Positions 10,052 through 19,659 of a stretch of 64,000 nt of DNA are shown piece after piece. Below the pieces are notes generated by a model that was not told where the DNA came from, made no database searches, and saw nothing but the letters and a program-made list of their open reading frames with translations. How positions within the stretch are numbered: position 1 is the stretch's first letter; each line of letters begins with the position of its first letter. The stretch lies in the IMG/VR virus record IMGVR_UViG_3300042484_002041, positions 103,585 through 167,584 of that record, one strand, 5' to 3'. The position numbers were made by a program, and so were the translations under genes. Origin of the DNA: a virus.

Positions 10052-11430
10052 TGTTTACTCCAGTACTCACATTCGGCCCACCAGGTGCGCATCTCGGGAA
10101 ATGTCTTCAAGAAATCTGTTCCTCTTCTGCGATCGTGCTCACTAAAGAATCGATAAAAGTCTGCACGAGCCTGAGAATGATTTTGCCCTAATCCACTACG
10201 CATCCAGGCAAGATCTCGATCTAGTCGAGCAACTTCGTAGTCCTTGAAACCTTTAAAAGGTAAGCTAGCGTTTTCTTTATTCTCTGACATCCAGGTATGC
10301 ACTTGATCTAATCTAGTAACATAGCTTTCGGGCAAGATCTGCAAGCTTTGCCAAGCAGGTTCGCGCAGCACAGGCGTGTCAAACCACACCCGTTGATAAG
10401 TTTCAGAATAACGATTGCGTAATTCTAATATGCCAGCAAACAAGGTTTCTAGACTAGGTATACTCAGGTTGTTCATTGTTATGATGAACGTTAAGCTGTT
10501 ATAGCTAGGGATTTCTGTGAGGAATTGATTTACCCTATCCCATAACAGATCAAAGTCTAGTCCGTGTCTGATGTATTCAGCCTGTGCACCCCATGCGTCC
10601 AAGCTCACGTACTGCATAAAGTGTTCGATACGACCGTCGCACAGTTGCTTAACGGATGACAAGTATTTCTGCCACAGCTTTTCTTCCACACTAAAGTTGC
10701 TAGTAACATTCAGGTGCAGTTTAGGGCTGGGGTTAGCAATCACATAGTCAAACACACGGTATGTGTTCTTGTCCATGAGTGGCTCGCCACCGGTCATTCT
10801 AAAGTGTTCCAGCTGCGGGTATAACTCGGGCCACCAGGCCCAGAACGCATCCACATACGGATTGTCTTCACGGACAGGGATAACACGCCTTGACCCTGTA
10901 AAGTGGTCAGGTGCATTGTGTGGTGTTTTAGTAGGATAGGCACCGTGCTGGTCAACTTCGGCTTGCCAACTACTACTGAATTGCGGGCTACAGTAGCTGC
11001 ATTTCAAGTTGCAAGCATGATTAAAGTTGACTTCTACATAGCTAGGAATCACATCATCCTCGTTGCCGGTGCTGTTCTTTATCTTATCAAAGTCCAGGGA
11101 AGCCCAGGGTTCTCCACTACGGTAGTGTCTATCACTGAGCTTGCCTTGATCTTCCATGTTCCAACAGTACTGACATTCAACTGGTTTCTCCCCGCGCAGC
11201 ATCATCTGTCTCTGTGTTTTTTTGTGCGTGGTGTTATGCAGTGCAGACGGATTAAGTTTTATTTCAGCTGGGTCAATTTGATGCAACGGAGGGTGGTAAC
11301 AGCTATTATTCAATCCAGTGGGCAAGTGTAAACTGACTTGTTTCCATTTAGCTAGACATAGTGCAGGTCCAAGATCCTGTTTCATTTGTTCGGCTGAATT
11401 TAAAAATATGCTTTTGTTTGCTGCGGTCAT
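10048..11430 (-). CDS. Twitch-domain radical SAM protein, paralog of 4131-5468
   Basis: LCLAKW...SCYHPPLH...CQYCW; CNLKCSYC; MTGGEP. Confidence 0.92.
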   Translation of the reverse strand: MTAANKSIFLNSAEQMKQDLGPALCLAKWKQVSLHLPTGLNNSCYHPPLHQIDPAEIKLNPSALHNTTHKKTQRQMMLRGEKPVECQYCWNMEDQGKLSDRHYRSGEPWASLDFDKIKNSTGNEDDVIPSYVEVNFNHACNLKCSYCSPQFSSSWQAEVDQHGAYPTKTPHNAPDHFTGSRRVIPVREDNPYVDAFWAWWPELYPQLEHFRMTGGEPLMDKNTYRVFDYVIANPSPKLHLNVTSNFSVEEKLWQKYLSSVKQLCDGRIEHFMQYVSLDAWGAQAEYIRHGLDFDLLWDRVNQFLTEIPSYNSLTFIITMNNLSIPSLETLFAGILELRNRYSETYQRVWFDTPVLREPAWQSLQILPESYVTRLDQVHTWMSENKENASLPFKGFKDYEVARLDRDLAWMRSGLGQNHSQARADFYRFFSEHDRRRGTDFLKTFPEMRTWWAECEYWSKQ

Positions 11431-12374
11431 AATTGTGTTATTGTTGTTTGATAAGTGTGTTGTTGGAGCAAATTATAGTTGTGATCCAACGAGTACTGCA
11501 TATCCCAATACATTGCTTCTAGCTCAACTGTTGTTTTTTGTGATAGCATATCTATTAGATTGAAAATCTTTTTCAATCTGTCTCCGCTGGAGAATCCATC
11601 ATACTCTTCGTCCCAAAAATCATTGAACGTCCTAAATCCCATTTGTCGCAAGTATGCCAGGTAATCTTTAGATCCAAATATAATAAATGGTTTCTTTAAT
11701 AACATAGGTCTTACTGTTTTTTCTGTAGGGAAAAAAGTCCGGCCTGCGATATGAGATTCTACTACTATATCTACTAGCGTATGCTTATACATGCTAGTTA
11801 ATGGATCATCGTAGTGGTATCCTGCTGTGGCTGTATATCCCGCAGAACTATTTTGTAGCAGTGGTAAACGCGGTATCATCTCGCCGGCTGCCGAGGCTTG
11901 CTGTACATCATAGGTTAACAGCTTGTCTAATTCGAACTGTATTAAATTATTAGGATCAATCGTGGCAGAAAAATGTACTAGCGACTGATCGAAATAGTTT
12001 TTCCATACATAGCCAGCTAATCCTAGTCGCCCGGCCGTAGGTCTATGATAGAAACAAAGAAATCTCTTGCTTAAATCCCATGTGTGCAACTCTGGGTTTA
12101 TTTCATACGTATTTCGAATCCAAAAGTTAGGACCATTAAACTGTATATTATATTTCTGATGTTGTTCTAATGGATTCCATGTCTTAATACAAACAGACTC
12201 AAACTTAAACGCATCTAACAGTGTGTATACGCCTAGGTTTTCCAAACAAATTGCCTCGGGATCTAACTCTAACTCAATTGCTTGCCCCTGATGTTTCGTC
12301 AGAAACTGAATAAACTCAGTAAGGTTCCAGAAACGATCACTTGTAGCACTGATTACAAAACTAGGTGTTACCAT
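11427..12374 (-). CDS. Putative GT-B glycosyltransferase (GT10-like), third paralog
   Basis: FLCFYHRPTAGR; LVDIVVES...FPTEKTVRPMLLKKPFIIFG...GFRTF...DEEYD. Confidence 0.65.
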   Translation of the reverse strand: MVTPSFVISATSDRFWNLTEFIQFLTKHQGQAIELELDPEAICLENLGVYTLLDAFKFESVCIKTWNPLEQHQKYNIQFNGPNFWIRNTYEINPELHTWDLSKRFLCFYHRPTAGRLGLAGYVWKNYFDQSLVHFSATIDPNNLIQFELDKLLTYDVQQASAAGEMIPRLPLLQNSSAGYTATAGYHYDDPLTSMYKHTLVDIVVESHIAGRTFFPTEKTVRPMLLKKPFIIFGSKDYLAYLRQMGFRTFNDFWDEEYDGFSSGDRLKKIFNLIDMLSQKTTVELEAMYWDMQYSLDHNYNLLQQHTYQTTITQL

Positions 12375-13291
12375 CCCTCTTGCTGCCGTATAACATCAAT
12401 CTCTCGTACCATGACACCACGGCTGTGCCAGTTGCTGCGGTAGTGGTGCTTGAAGAATTTACTTTGATCCGCATCAAATAAATTGACCGGGAGTCCCAGT
12501 TGTGTATTAAGTGCTACAGCAGTGGAGGTGATCATGTGGTAGGCGCTTTGTTCCGAAACTTCATTCCAAATCTGTTCAAGGGCATCAAACGACTGTACTT
12601 CAGTATGGTCCCACTCACTTAGCATGGTCTTGAATGTACCTAATCTGGCGCCAGCAATGGCCCAGTTGCCGTGTTCAATATCCTGCCCGACGTTTTGCCA
12701 TACAGTAAGGTTGTCAAGGTTACGTTGGTGTACACGATCTCTGAACTCGCTTAGTGTGGGCTTGCGTCCTTTGTCCAGGCACATCTTAACACCTTCTCTA
12801 AACCCGGCGCGCCAGGCGTGCTGTGCTGATCCATTAGGGTATGTAGTAGAGAAGCAGTCATGCATGGACCAGTACAAGGGGTCAAAGCAAAACTCCACTT
12901 GTGTCTCTGTGCGCCCATCTGTAGCCTCATGGGTACGCATGTTTTGCACAAAGGTACGGGTCCAAGAACTCATGCCTCCATTGCCGTACATAAGGCCATT
13001 GACGTGATTTCGGGCGCGCCAACGGAACACTGCGTTTTGGTAATCCTCTGTGGGCAAGTCTAGAGTTTGATTAAAGAACGCAGGATCAGGCATGTTGTCG
13101 CCGTCGATCAGGATGAATCGTTCGGTATCACTTGCCTCTGCTGCTGCCTTGTGTGCTGCATCACTGCCCTTGACTCCGTCAACGCGGCGTGCCCAGGGTA
13201 CCATATTCCGAATCTTGATCCAGAACTCTTCCTTTTGTGGTTCATCATAGCTTAGATAAACTACATCTAACTCTGCTACATCAACTTTCAT
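12368..13291 (-). CDS. Putative GT-A glycosyltransferase (GT2-like)
   Basis: DVVYLSYDE; AAHKAAA...FILIDGDN (DxD motif); YGNGG; AWRAGFREG. Confidence 0.7.
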   Translation of the reverse strand: MKVDVAELDVVYLSYDEPQKEEFWIKIRNMVPWARRVDGVKGSDAAHKAAAEASDTERFILIDGDNMPDPAFFNQTLDLPTEDYQNAVFRWRARNHVNGLMYGNGGMSSWTRTFVQNMRTHEATDGRTETQVEFCFDPLYWSMHDCFSTTYPNGSAQHAWRAGFREGVKMCLDKGRKPTLSEFRDRVHQRNLDNLTVWQNVGQDIEHGNWAIAGARLGTFKTMLSEWDHTEVQSFDALEQIWNEVSEQSAYHMITSTAVALNTQLGLPVNLFDADQSKFFKHHYRSNWHSRGVMVREIDVIRQQEGW

Positions 13292-13634
13292 ATTTCTTTG
13301 TCCATTTGATATGCGGCGATAGGGCCGATACTACAATGCTAACATCACTAGGCGCACAAGGTGTGCCGTTCTCGGCGCCAGGAGTTAACTTAGCAAGTGC
13401 TGCGGTGCGAGCCGCTACTGTTACTAACTGTTGATCCACAACCCGCACATGATAAGATTGTGTTGCATAGGTAGCATGATCAATCTCAATATAGTTACCT
13501 GGCAAATCCTCCATGCTGTACACAATTGGCATGCCTGAATCATCATGATACAGTCTATAAAACACCGGAGGCGGTGCAGCACGATCCCAAGCTGCCCAAG
13601 CTGCCCAGAAGTTGTCTGTGGTTTCGTTACTCAT
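13281..13634 (-). CDS. Hypothetical protein
   Basis: Start placed at ATG 13634, which gives an ATGA overlap with the upstream stop; coupled in the operon. Confidence 0.7.
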   Translation of the reverse strand: MSNETTDNFWAAWAAWDRAAPPPVFYRLYHDDSGMPIVYSMEDLPGNYIEIDHATYATQSYHVRVVDQQLVTVAARTAALAKLTPGAENGTPCAPSDVSIVVSALSPHIKWTKKYES

Positions 13635-14401
13635 AACCAATTCTTAACATGATAGTGAAACATGCCCCATTGCGCAACTGTGTTAATTCGCACGCCAGGG
13701 TCGGTGTGTTCCCAGACCAGTTCCCGTGTCCAGTTGTCAGTCTGAATAGGATTTATATATCGTTTCATGTGCACAATCTGTGGGCCAACACCAGTAGGTA
13801 AAGTTACACGCTCGGGGCCCATGATTTGTGCAGCCATTGCGTATACAACGTCAGTTGTAGCAGCCTCGTCGGGGAACTTGAGTAAGGTACGATACTGAGC
13901 CCAGTTTTCAAATATTCGACGCACCCACTCAAAAAACTCTTGCGCGGTTGTGCTCAATCGCCAATAGGTTATGGCGTTGTATACATCAGGCAGGTTGTTG
14001 TCATCAAACAGCTTGCGGTAGCGGCGACTCGTAGCAGGCTGATCATAAAAATCTCTTGCGCCTTGACTAACAACAACATCACGATGTTCAAACAGTGTCC
14101 ACCAATGGTCGATAGGAGAAGCTGCGATCATGTCAGCTTCCAACTTGATAGTCTGACGGAATGGGCTGGCTCTAAACACTTGCCAGTCGTTGGCAAACCC
14201 GCCTAGATTACCAGACGGCAGTGTCCTCACAATGTCAAAGTCAGATTCCTCAACTGCTGAATCAGTTAACAAGCACACCCGAGCCTCGGGGTGCAGTTGG
14301 TGTATGCTACGGGCCAAGTGTCTAGCGCAATTTACATAGTCAACTGTGTCTGTATTGACTGCAGGGATTAAGTATCCACGTTCTTCAAGCATGGGCGACA
14401 A
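13631..14401 (-). CDS. Putative GT-A glycosyltransferase (GT8-like)
   Basis: GYLIPA...DYVNCARHLARSI...VCLLTD...SPFRQTIKLEADM; late HMK motif. Confidence 0.7.
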   Translation of the reverse strand: MSPMLEERGYLIPAVNTDTVDYVNCARHLARSIHQLHPEARVCLLTDSAVEESDFDIVRTLPSGNLGGFANDWQVFRASPFRQTIKLEADMIAASPIDHWWTLFEHRDVVVSQGARDFYDQPATSRRYRKLFDDNNLPDVYNAITYWRLSTTAQEFFEWVRRIFENWAQYRTLLKFPDEAATTDVVYAMAAQIMGPERVTLPTGVGPQIVHMKRYINPIQTDNWTRELVWEHTDPGVRINTVAQWGMFHYHVKNWL

Positions 14402-15182
14402 TGTTCATTAGAGTGCGCTTGCCCATGGCATGGAAGTCTTGGCCATTGAACTCTATCCACTTTCTCTGCGATTGCGCAGTCAGATAGTTGACCCTAAAAT
14501 GGTCGGTATCAGTCTGTACTAGTTCATGTTCAGGGGTCAAGCTAGCCAAGGGCCAGGCAATGTTGGGTTGGTGCAGTACATGCCCATTAACTATGTTAAG
14601 TGCTATGCTCAGTGCATGGTCGTTGCGGTAGGTGCTGCGCGGGTTTCCGTACAGGTTGCAGTAATGTTTCCAATTTTCTCGAACCATTTGCATACTTCCA
14701 AAAATTAACTCGGCTGTGGTGCTGCGTCTAAACATCATGACTGTAGCCCAATACATTGGCATACGATTGCGACCAAAGTAGTTTAGATCATTGAATGTTT
14801 GTAATCCTGTAACATCATATGCCAGTCGGTGACAGAGAAAATCTTGCTGCGTCTGCAATGTGTTCTCAAGTTGCGTGCTTGCAACTACATAGTCGGCATC
14901 TAGGACTAAGGTTTGATCCCAGGGTGTTATCTCGTATGCTGTGGTGCGGTTAGAGTTGTGCCATACAACATTGGTACCAAAATCAGTAAAGTGCCGTGTG
15001 CTTGATCCTTCTGGCACGGCGCGAATTACTTTGTCAAATGCATCTACGCGCTCTGTGCTGTCAGTTACTACTGCAACAGGAATATTCAAGTGACGGCGAA
15101 TCCGATTGGCAGACCAAGCAGCCATGGCCAAATAGTCAATTTCTGAATTGTTAAATGCAAAAATTAATGCACCAGTTGTCAT
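14385..15182 (-). CDS. Putative GT-A glycosyltransferase (GT8-like), paralog of 13631-14401
   Basis: GALIFA...DYLAMAAWSA...VAVVTD...TPWDQTLVLDADY; RND; HAMGK. Confidence 0.72.
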   Translation of the reverse strand: MTTGALIFAFNNSEIDYLAMAAWSANRIRRHLNIPVAVVTDSTERVDAFDKVIRAVPEGSSTRHFTDFGTNVVWHNSNRTTAYEITPWDQTLVLDADYVVASTQLENTLQTQQDFLCHRLAYDVTGLQTFNDLNYFGRNRMPMYWATVMMFRRSTTAELIFGSMQMVRENWKHYCNLYGNPRSTYRNDHALSIALNIVNGHVLHQPNIAWPLASLTPEHELVQTDTDHFRVNYLTAQSQRKWIEFNGQDFHAMGKRTLMNIVAHA

Positions 15183-15484
15183 CTCTGTTTGCTAACTTGT
15201 TCAAACTCCACTAACCATGCGTTCATTTGTTCTTGCCAGCGGCTGTAGGCCAGCAGTTGCAGATCTAAAGTGTTTACTCTTATTGGTGTGTTATACAGAT
15301 CTAGCAATACTACATCTTGTTCAGGGCAAGCCTGCAACAATGTTAGCAACTCTGGGCCAGCACGCCACATACCGCCGGCATGAGCAAACAGCATTTTGGC
15401 TGTGTACTTTTCGTTAAGTAACCGACGAGCAGACTCGTGGTCAAATCGTGCCCGTGAATGAGCGATAAGTTGATCTGTATCCAT
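15179..15484 (-). CDS. Hypothetical protein, first gene of the modification operon
   Basis: 101 aa; starts 9 nt after a consensus -10 box; ATGA overlap with the next gene. Confidence 0.75.
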   Translation of the reverse strand: MDTDQLIAHSRARFDHESARRLLNEKYTAKMLFAHAGGMWRAGPELLTLLQACPEQDVVLLDLYNTPIRVNTLDLQLLAYSRWQEQMNAWLVEFEQVSKQR

Positions 15485-15493
15485 ATAGCAACT

Positions 15494-15522
15494 ATTATAC
15501 AGAAATGCTAGACAAAAGTAAA
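15494..15522 (-). promoter_or_regulatory. Sigma70/T4-early-type promoter for the modification operon
   Basis: Minus strand TTTACT (15522-15517), 17-nt spacer, TATAAT (15499-15494), in the intergenic gap. Confidence 0.75.
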
Positions 15523-15537
15523 GTACTAAATTGTCCG

Positions 15538-16572
15538 TTACCCTTGGATTGCTTGTACTAGACCCACACCAAAACTTATTCGATTTTTAAATTCGTTATA
15601 TGTTTTCGTAAGGCATTCCATAGCAGCATTGTGCTCCAAATGCTCAACATTGCCAATAACATCATGATCGGCATAATTATCCCAAGAACCCCAATCTTCG
15701 AGTTTTGTGATCCCCCCAAAAAATCCGTAATCGACACATACTTGACAAAAATTTTGTATATCAAAGTAATTGTCGCGTTGGATTACAAGAGTTAAGGCAA
15801 CTGATATTTTGTTAGTCTGGGTTTGCTCTTTAAGGTAATCAAAGTTATCAAGTAATTGTTCCCATTTACCGCCGAGTCTAACTTTTTCATATACTTCTTT
15901 GCTACCGGCATCGATGCTGATTAGATATTCGGTGATACGATCACGTATGCTGCTGTCTGCAATTTGTTTTCTTATCAAGAGCCCGTTAGTAAACAGTTTT
16001 ATATGTTGATCTTTTTTAGGCTTAAATCGATGTATCAACGGACGTAGTATAGAACTAGCCAGAGGGTCGCCATTACCGCTCATGATAATTCTGCACGGAT
16101 GGTCAAAGTTTTCTAATAGTGTTACTAAATGATTAACCTGTACTAGTTTTATATCATAGTCAGGTCCACTTGTGATCATTTTTGCATCGCGTCTGCAACT
16201 AGGGCAACGAAGATTGCAGCTTTCATCTATGTTAATTGATATAGTGTAAATGGGCCGACTAATATTGCCATTGGTTATGCCGCAGCGCGAAACAGCACAG
16301 TGTGAGAATTTTTTACTTGCTATATCTTGCTGCAATTCTAACGCAGTAGGACTAGTCCATACTTGCTCTAATGTTGTAAAGTCTGTAATTTTACCCACAC
16401 TTATCGGTAACCATGCTTCGCACTCACAAATAAAACAATCACCTTTCCAATCCACTAGTAATGTTTTGTTAGGTATGTCACAGGAATGTGGTATGTCTAA
16501 CTGCAATTGTTTGTTTCGTGGGATTGCAGTATATGAAAATTGATTAGCAATTGGTATAACAAGAGTGGCCAT
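15538..16572 (-). CDS. Radical SAM protein with N-terminal twitch-like domain, paralog of 1-850
   Basis: CDIP...GDCFICECEAWLP...HCAVSRC; CNLRCPSCR; SGNGDPL; FTNG; SIDAG. Confidence 0.9.
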   Translation of the reverse strand: MATLVIPIANQFSYTAIPRNKQLQLDIPHSCDIPNKTLLVDWKGDCFICECEAWLPISVGKITDFTTLEQVWTSPTALELQQDIASKKFSHCAVSRCGITNGNISRPIYTISINIDESCNLRCPSCRRDAKMITSGPDYDIKLVQVNHLVTLLENFDHPCRIIMSGNGDPLASSILRPLIHRFKPKKDQHIKLFTNGLLIRKQIADSSIRDRITEYLISIDAGSKEVYEKVRLGGKWEQLLDNFDYLKEQTQTNKISVALTLVIQRDNYFDIQNFCQVCVDYGFFGGITKLEDWGSWDNYADHDVIGNVEHLEHNAAMECLTKTYNEFKNRISFGVGLVQAIQG

Positions 16573-16576
16573 TTAT

Positions 16577-16605
16577 AAGAAAGTAAAGGGCCAATAAGGC
16601 CCTTT
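16577..16605 (-). terminator. Intrinsic terminator after the fibre genes
   Basis: AAAGGGCC-ttatt-GGCCCTTT stem (16585-16605) followed on the minus strand by ACTTTCTT. Confidence 0.75.
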
Positions 16606-16625
16606 GACTATGTTAGTTTTTTACG

Positions 16626-17621
16626 TTATACCACAGTAGCAGCAATCGTAGGTGTGCCCCAACTTGCTGTAGTAAGGTAAGTGGAACTCGGCGGGAAATA
16701 TGTAACCAGTGTCGTTGGTGCTGTTGCTGCACCGAACGATGTGGCTGGGCTCGACAAGCCTGTGCCGCCAGAGATATTGTCTGACGATCCTGCACCTGAA
16801 CCGCCCGGGTCGGTCCAGACAGTTGTTAATACCAACTGTGTGCCGGTTCCTGCTGTTTTGGCATTTATCTGAATGAATGAACCTGTATAAGGGGCAGTAT
16901 CAGCAAATTGCTTGTAAATGAGTGTATCGGAAGTAAGTAGCTGGTACCAGCCAGTTGCAGTTAATAATGTATTCGGAGTTCCTGTTCCGCCAACTTTGGT
17001 GGTACCTGTATAGTTTGTACCAGCAATACTTGCTGTGCCGCCACCTGTGATATTAATATTACCAACTAGCGTGTTTGCCAGGTCATTCCATTCAGTATCA
17101 GCTGCTGTAGTATCAGCAGTCTTTTGTGTCTGCCATCTAACTATGCCACCGGCATTAAAGAAATACCGTGCAGCATCGGCACTGGCCCAGGTAATTGTGT
17201 GAGTAAATGTAATAGTCCAGGCGGCAGCGCCCGATCCTGTTGCAGTAGTTTTACTTATGTTACCAGTAAATGTACCGTACTGAGTGCCACTTGCTGCTGC
17301 GTTAGCACGATTTGCTGTTATTGTGGTAAGATCGGTGTTTACTGCTGCCAATACCGCAATAGTGTTGCCGGCCACTGGTGCTGTTCTTGCAGTAGTTGTG
17401 GCGCCGGTATGACTGGCCATTGATTGGATATTATTAACAAGGCCAGCCCATTGTGTAGCTGTTACAGTACCTGCAGCAGACACTGTAGTCAATTCAGATT
17501 GCCCATATCCACTGGTAGTGGAACCAGTTGCCCAAACGTTGTTAACGTTGGCGCCAACGTTTGTGCTAATAAAGCCATTATAATCCGCTGCTTGAATTAA
17601 GCTGCCGCTGGTGTAAGTCAT
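16626..17621 (-). CDS. Thr/Ala/Gly-rich virion structural (fibre-associated) protein
   Basis: Very Thr-rich, beta-type composition; ADAARYFFNAGG; lies downstream of the fibre gene in the late operon. Confidence 0.65.
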   Translation of the reverse strand: MTYTSGSLIQAADYNGFISTNVGANVNNVWATGSTTSGYGQSELTTVSAAGTVTATQWAGLVNNIQSMASHTGATTTARTAPVAGNTIAVLAAVNTDLTTITANRANAAASGTQYGTFTGNISKTTATGSGAAAWTITFTHTITWASADAARYFFNAGGIVRWQTQKTADTTAADTEWNDLANTLVGNINITGGGTASIAGTNYTGTTKVGGTGTPNTLLTATGWYQLLTSDTLIYKQFADTAPYTGSFIQINAKTAGTGTQLVLTTVWTDPGGSGAGSSDNISGGTGLSSPATSFGAATAPTTLVTYFPPSSTYLTTASWGTPTIAATVV

Positions 17622-17630
17622 GTTTGATCC

Positions 17631-19001
17631 TTATTTTGATGCAACAATGGCTTCGACAACGCCTTCTGCATCTGTTAATTTATCTTCTAGCGCACGACCC
17701 AGTACATTAAAATGCGTCGCTTCACCAGGTTTTGCTGATCTAGCAAGTCCATTTCCAGCCGAAACTAAACGGTCTCCTTTGAATACCTTACCAACTGCGC
17801 GAACCGGAACACGTCCAGTCATTGCAACCGGTGGGTGAGTTGCGTCGTCGCCGGCTGCTGAATTCATCAAATAAGCTGCTTGTGTGCTTATCACTCCAAA
17901 CACATTTTCGCTTAGTTCAAGCAAGGAGGTTGTGATTTCGGCGGTTCCGCCTAGTTCAACTACTGTGCCTGGAGCAATAAACTGATCAGCAGCAAATCTC
18001 TCAGCAACGTCAGCATACTGTGCCGATGTAGACTTGGCGAATATAGTGTTAAAGTACCCAGCCGAAGAACCGATGTTACCGACTCCGTTACCATTGCCGT
18101 TGATCAAGCTAACGACACTTAGCACAGTCGGCGAGCTAACTACGCCAGTTGCGCCAGCAACATCAAGCACTGTGGTGTTAACTCCAGCAACATTAACTTG
18201 CAATAGCAAGTTGCCGGTTTGTGTTTGATTACGAAAGAACACATCATTGCCACTGACCAGGACACGAGCATCACTATTAACACCAACAGCTAGGCCACTA
18301 TTGTTAAGTATGCCCAGCGTTCCTGTGGTAGTGTCGTTGCTGGTTGCACTCAAGAAGCCGGTACTATCAATACCATCAAGTAGTTGCGAATCAGTCGCAG
18401 TGCCACGGAACAGGTTATTGCTAACCGAAGTGCTTAGTTGCATACCAGGACTAATTGTAGCAAACCCAGTAATTAAAGTTTGTGGAGTAAACGTAGCATC
18501 CTTTGACAGGATTGCAACAATATCGTTCTCAACATAAAACATAACAACCACGTGGTCTGCAGACAGATTGTCAGTGACAGTCATAACAACTGCCCCCGAA
18601 GTGCCTTGACCAGCTGTGCTAGCCGGGCCAACTAAGATGAAGGCAGCTCCAGACCAGACTTTGAGCTGTGCATTGGTGCTATCATACCAAAGATCACCCT
18701 GCACATTACTAGTCGGTGCTGTGGCACTAGCTGTTGCTGCGCTAACAACCTTAAAGACGCTACCATTGTAGACCTTCAATAAATTATTAGCTTTGTCCCA
18801 CCACAGCTGACCCACTAGCGGTGCGCCGGGTTGAACTGTGTTTGATCCACTCTCTAGCAAGTGAATAAAGTTCTCGTCGAGGAACTCACCGTAACCGGCA
18901 TAGTTTTTACCAACTAGAGTCATGCTCGAGCTAGTGTTAATGGTACCATCTGCTACTGTTGCAAAAATAGTTCCATCTGTTAAGTTAATGGTATAGGCCA
19001 T
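17631..19001 (-). CDS. Tail fibre-like protein with C-terminal intramolecular chaperone (peptidase G2/S74-like) domain
   Basis: LVGKNYAGYGEFLDENFIHLLE; repeated GQLWWD/GDLWYD; C-terminal SAQYADVAERF...GVIST...TGRVPV...KGDRLVS. Confidence 0.72.
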   Translation of the reverse strand: MAYTINLTDGTIFATVADGTINTSSSMTLVGKNYAGYGEFLDENFIHLLESGSNTVQPGAPLVGQLWWDKANNLLKVYNGSVFKVVSAATASATAPTSNVQGDLWYDSTNAQLKVWSGAAFILVGPASTAGQGTSGAVVMTVTDNLSADHVVVMFYVENDIVAILSKDATFTPQTLITGFATISPGMQLSTSVSNNLFRGTATDSQLLDGIDSTGFLSATSNDTTTGTLGILNNSGLAVGVNSDARVLVSGNDVFFRNQTQTGNLLLQVNVAGVNTTVLDVAGATGVVSSPTVLSVVSLINGNGNGVGNIGSSAGYFNTIFAKSTSAQYADVAERFAADQFIAPGTVVELGGTAEITTSLLELSENVFGVISTQAAYLMNSAAGDDATHPPVAMTGRVPVRAVGKVFKGDRLVSAGNGLARSAKPGEATHFNVLGRALEDKLTDAEGVVEAIVASK

Positions 19002-19026
19002 CTTGTCGTTTACTCCGTCTTATTAC

Positions 19027-19034
19027 TATTTATA
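19027..19034 (-). promoter_or_regulatory. T4-type late promoter TATAAATA
   Basis: Exact T4 late consensus upstream of the fibre gene; a second CATAAATA lies at 19051-19058. Confidence 0.7.
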
Positions 19035-19053
19035 GGACAATAATACATCATAT

Positions 19054-19659
19054 TTATGTTGCGCTCAAGTTTGTCAGAGTCTGAATTCGAACCGTGTAAT
19101 CAATTTGAATTTGACGATTTAGACTCTTCTGAACTGGATGGAATATCACATGAGTGATCAACATAAGATTAGCTGAACTACCTTCCCAAGATTTAAGTCC
19201 TAATTCGTCAAAAACGAATTCACCGTTAAAATTTGTGCTGTTGTCAAACGCTTGCTGCCCGGGTGGCTCGCCGTAATCCAACAGGCAAGTTACTAACACA
19301 TCAGTGTACACTTTACCCGAAGTGTGTAGCACTGTAAGATTATTGCGAGTAGGGTCTGTGTTGGCTGCGCTACCATCTTCGACTACTTTGATATAGGTTT
19401 GATTGTAGAGGTCTGCATTTTGCCCAGTGGTATTTGGGGGCAAATATGTGATCACACCGGTAGGATCTACCGAGCTGCCGCCGTTGCCAAACGCCATTGC
19501 ATAGATGAACCCTAGATTTTTGTTAGCTAGTGTTTGTGCCAATGCCACACTCATATTTTCATAATGGATGGCATTGTATTTGTCCACAAATACTTCTTGT
19601 GTAACGGGATCATAAATCTTTAAAAATCCCTCGATTTTAGCAGGGCCCAGGTCCATCAT
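19054..19659 (-). CDS. Virion structural protein (baseplate/fibre-attachment-like)
   Basis: MAFGNGG...LDYGEP...FDELGL...THVIFHPVQKSLNRQIQIDYTVRI; located between the giant protein and fibre genes. Confidence 0.65.
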   Translation of the reverse strand: MMDLGPAKIEGFLKIYDPVTQEVFVDKYNAIHYENMSVALAQTLANKNLGFIYAMAFGNGGSSVDPTGVITYLPPNTTGQNADLYNQTYIKVVEDGSAANTDPTRNNLTVLHTSGKVYTDVLVTCLLDYGEPPGQQAFDNSTNFNGEFVFDELGLKSWEGSSANLMLITHVIFHPVQKSLNRQIQIDYTVRIQTLTNLSAT

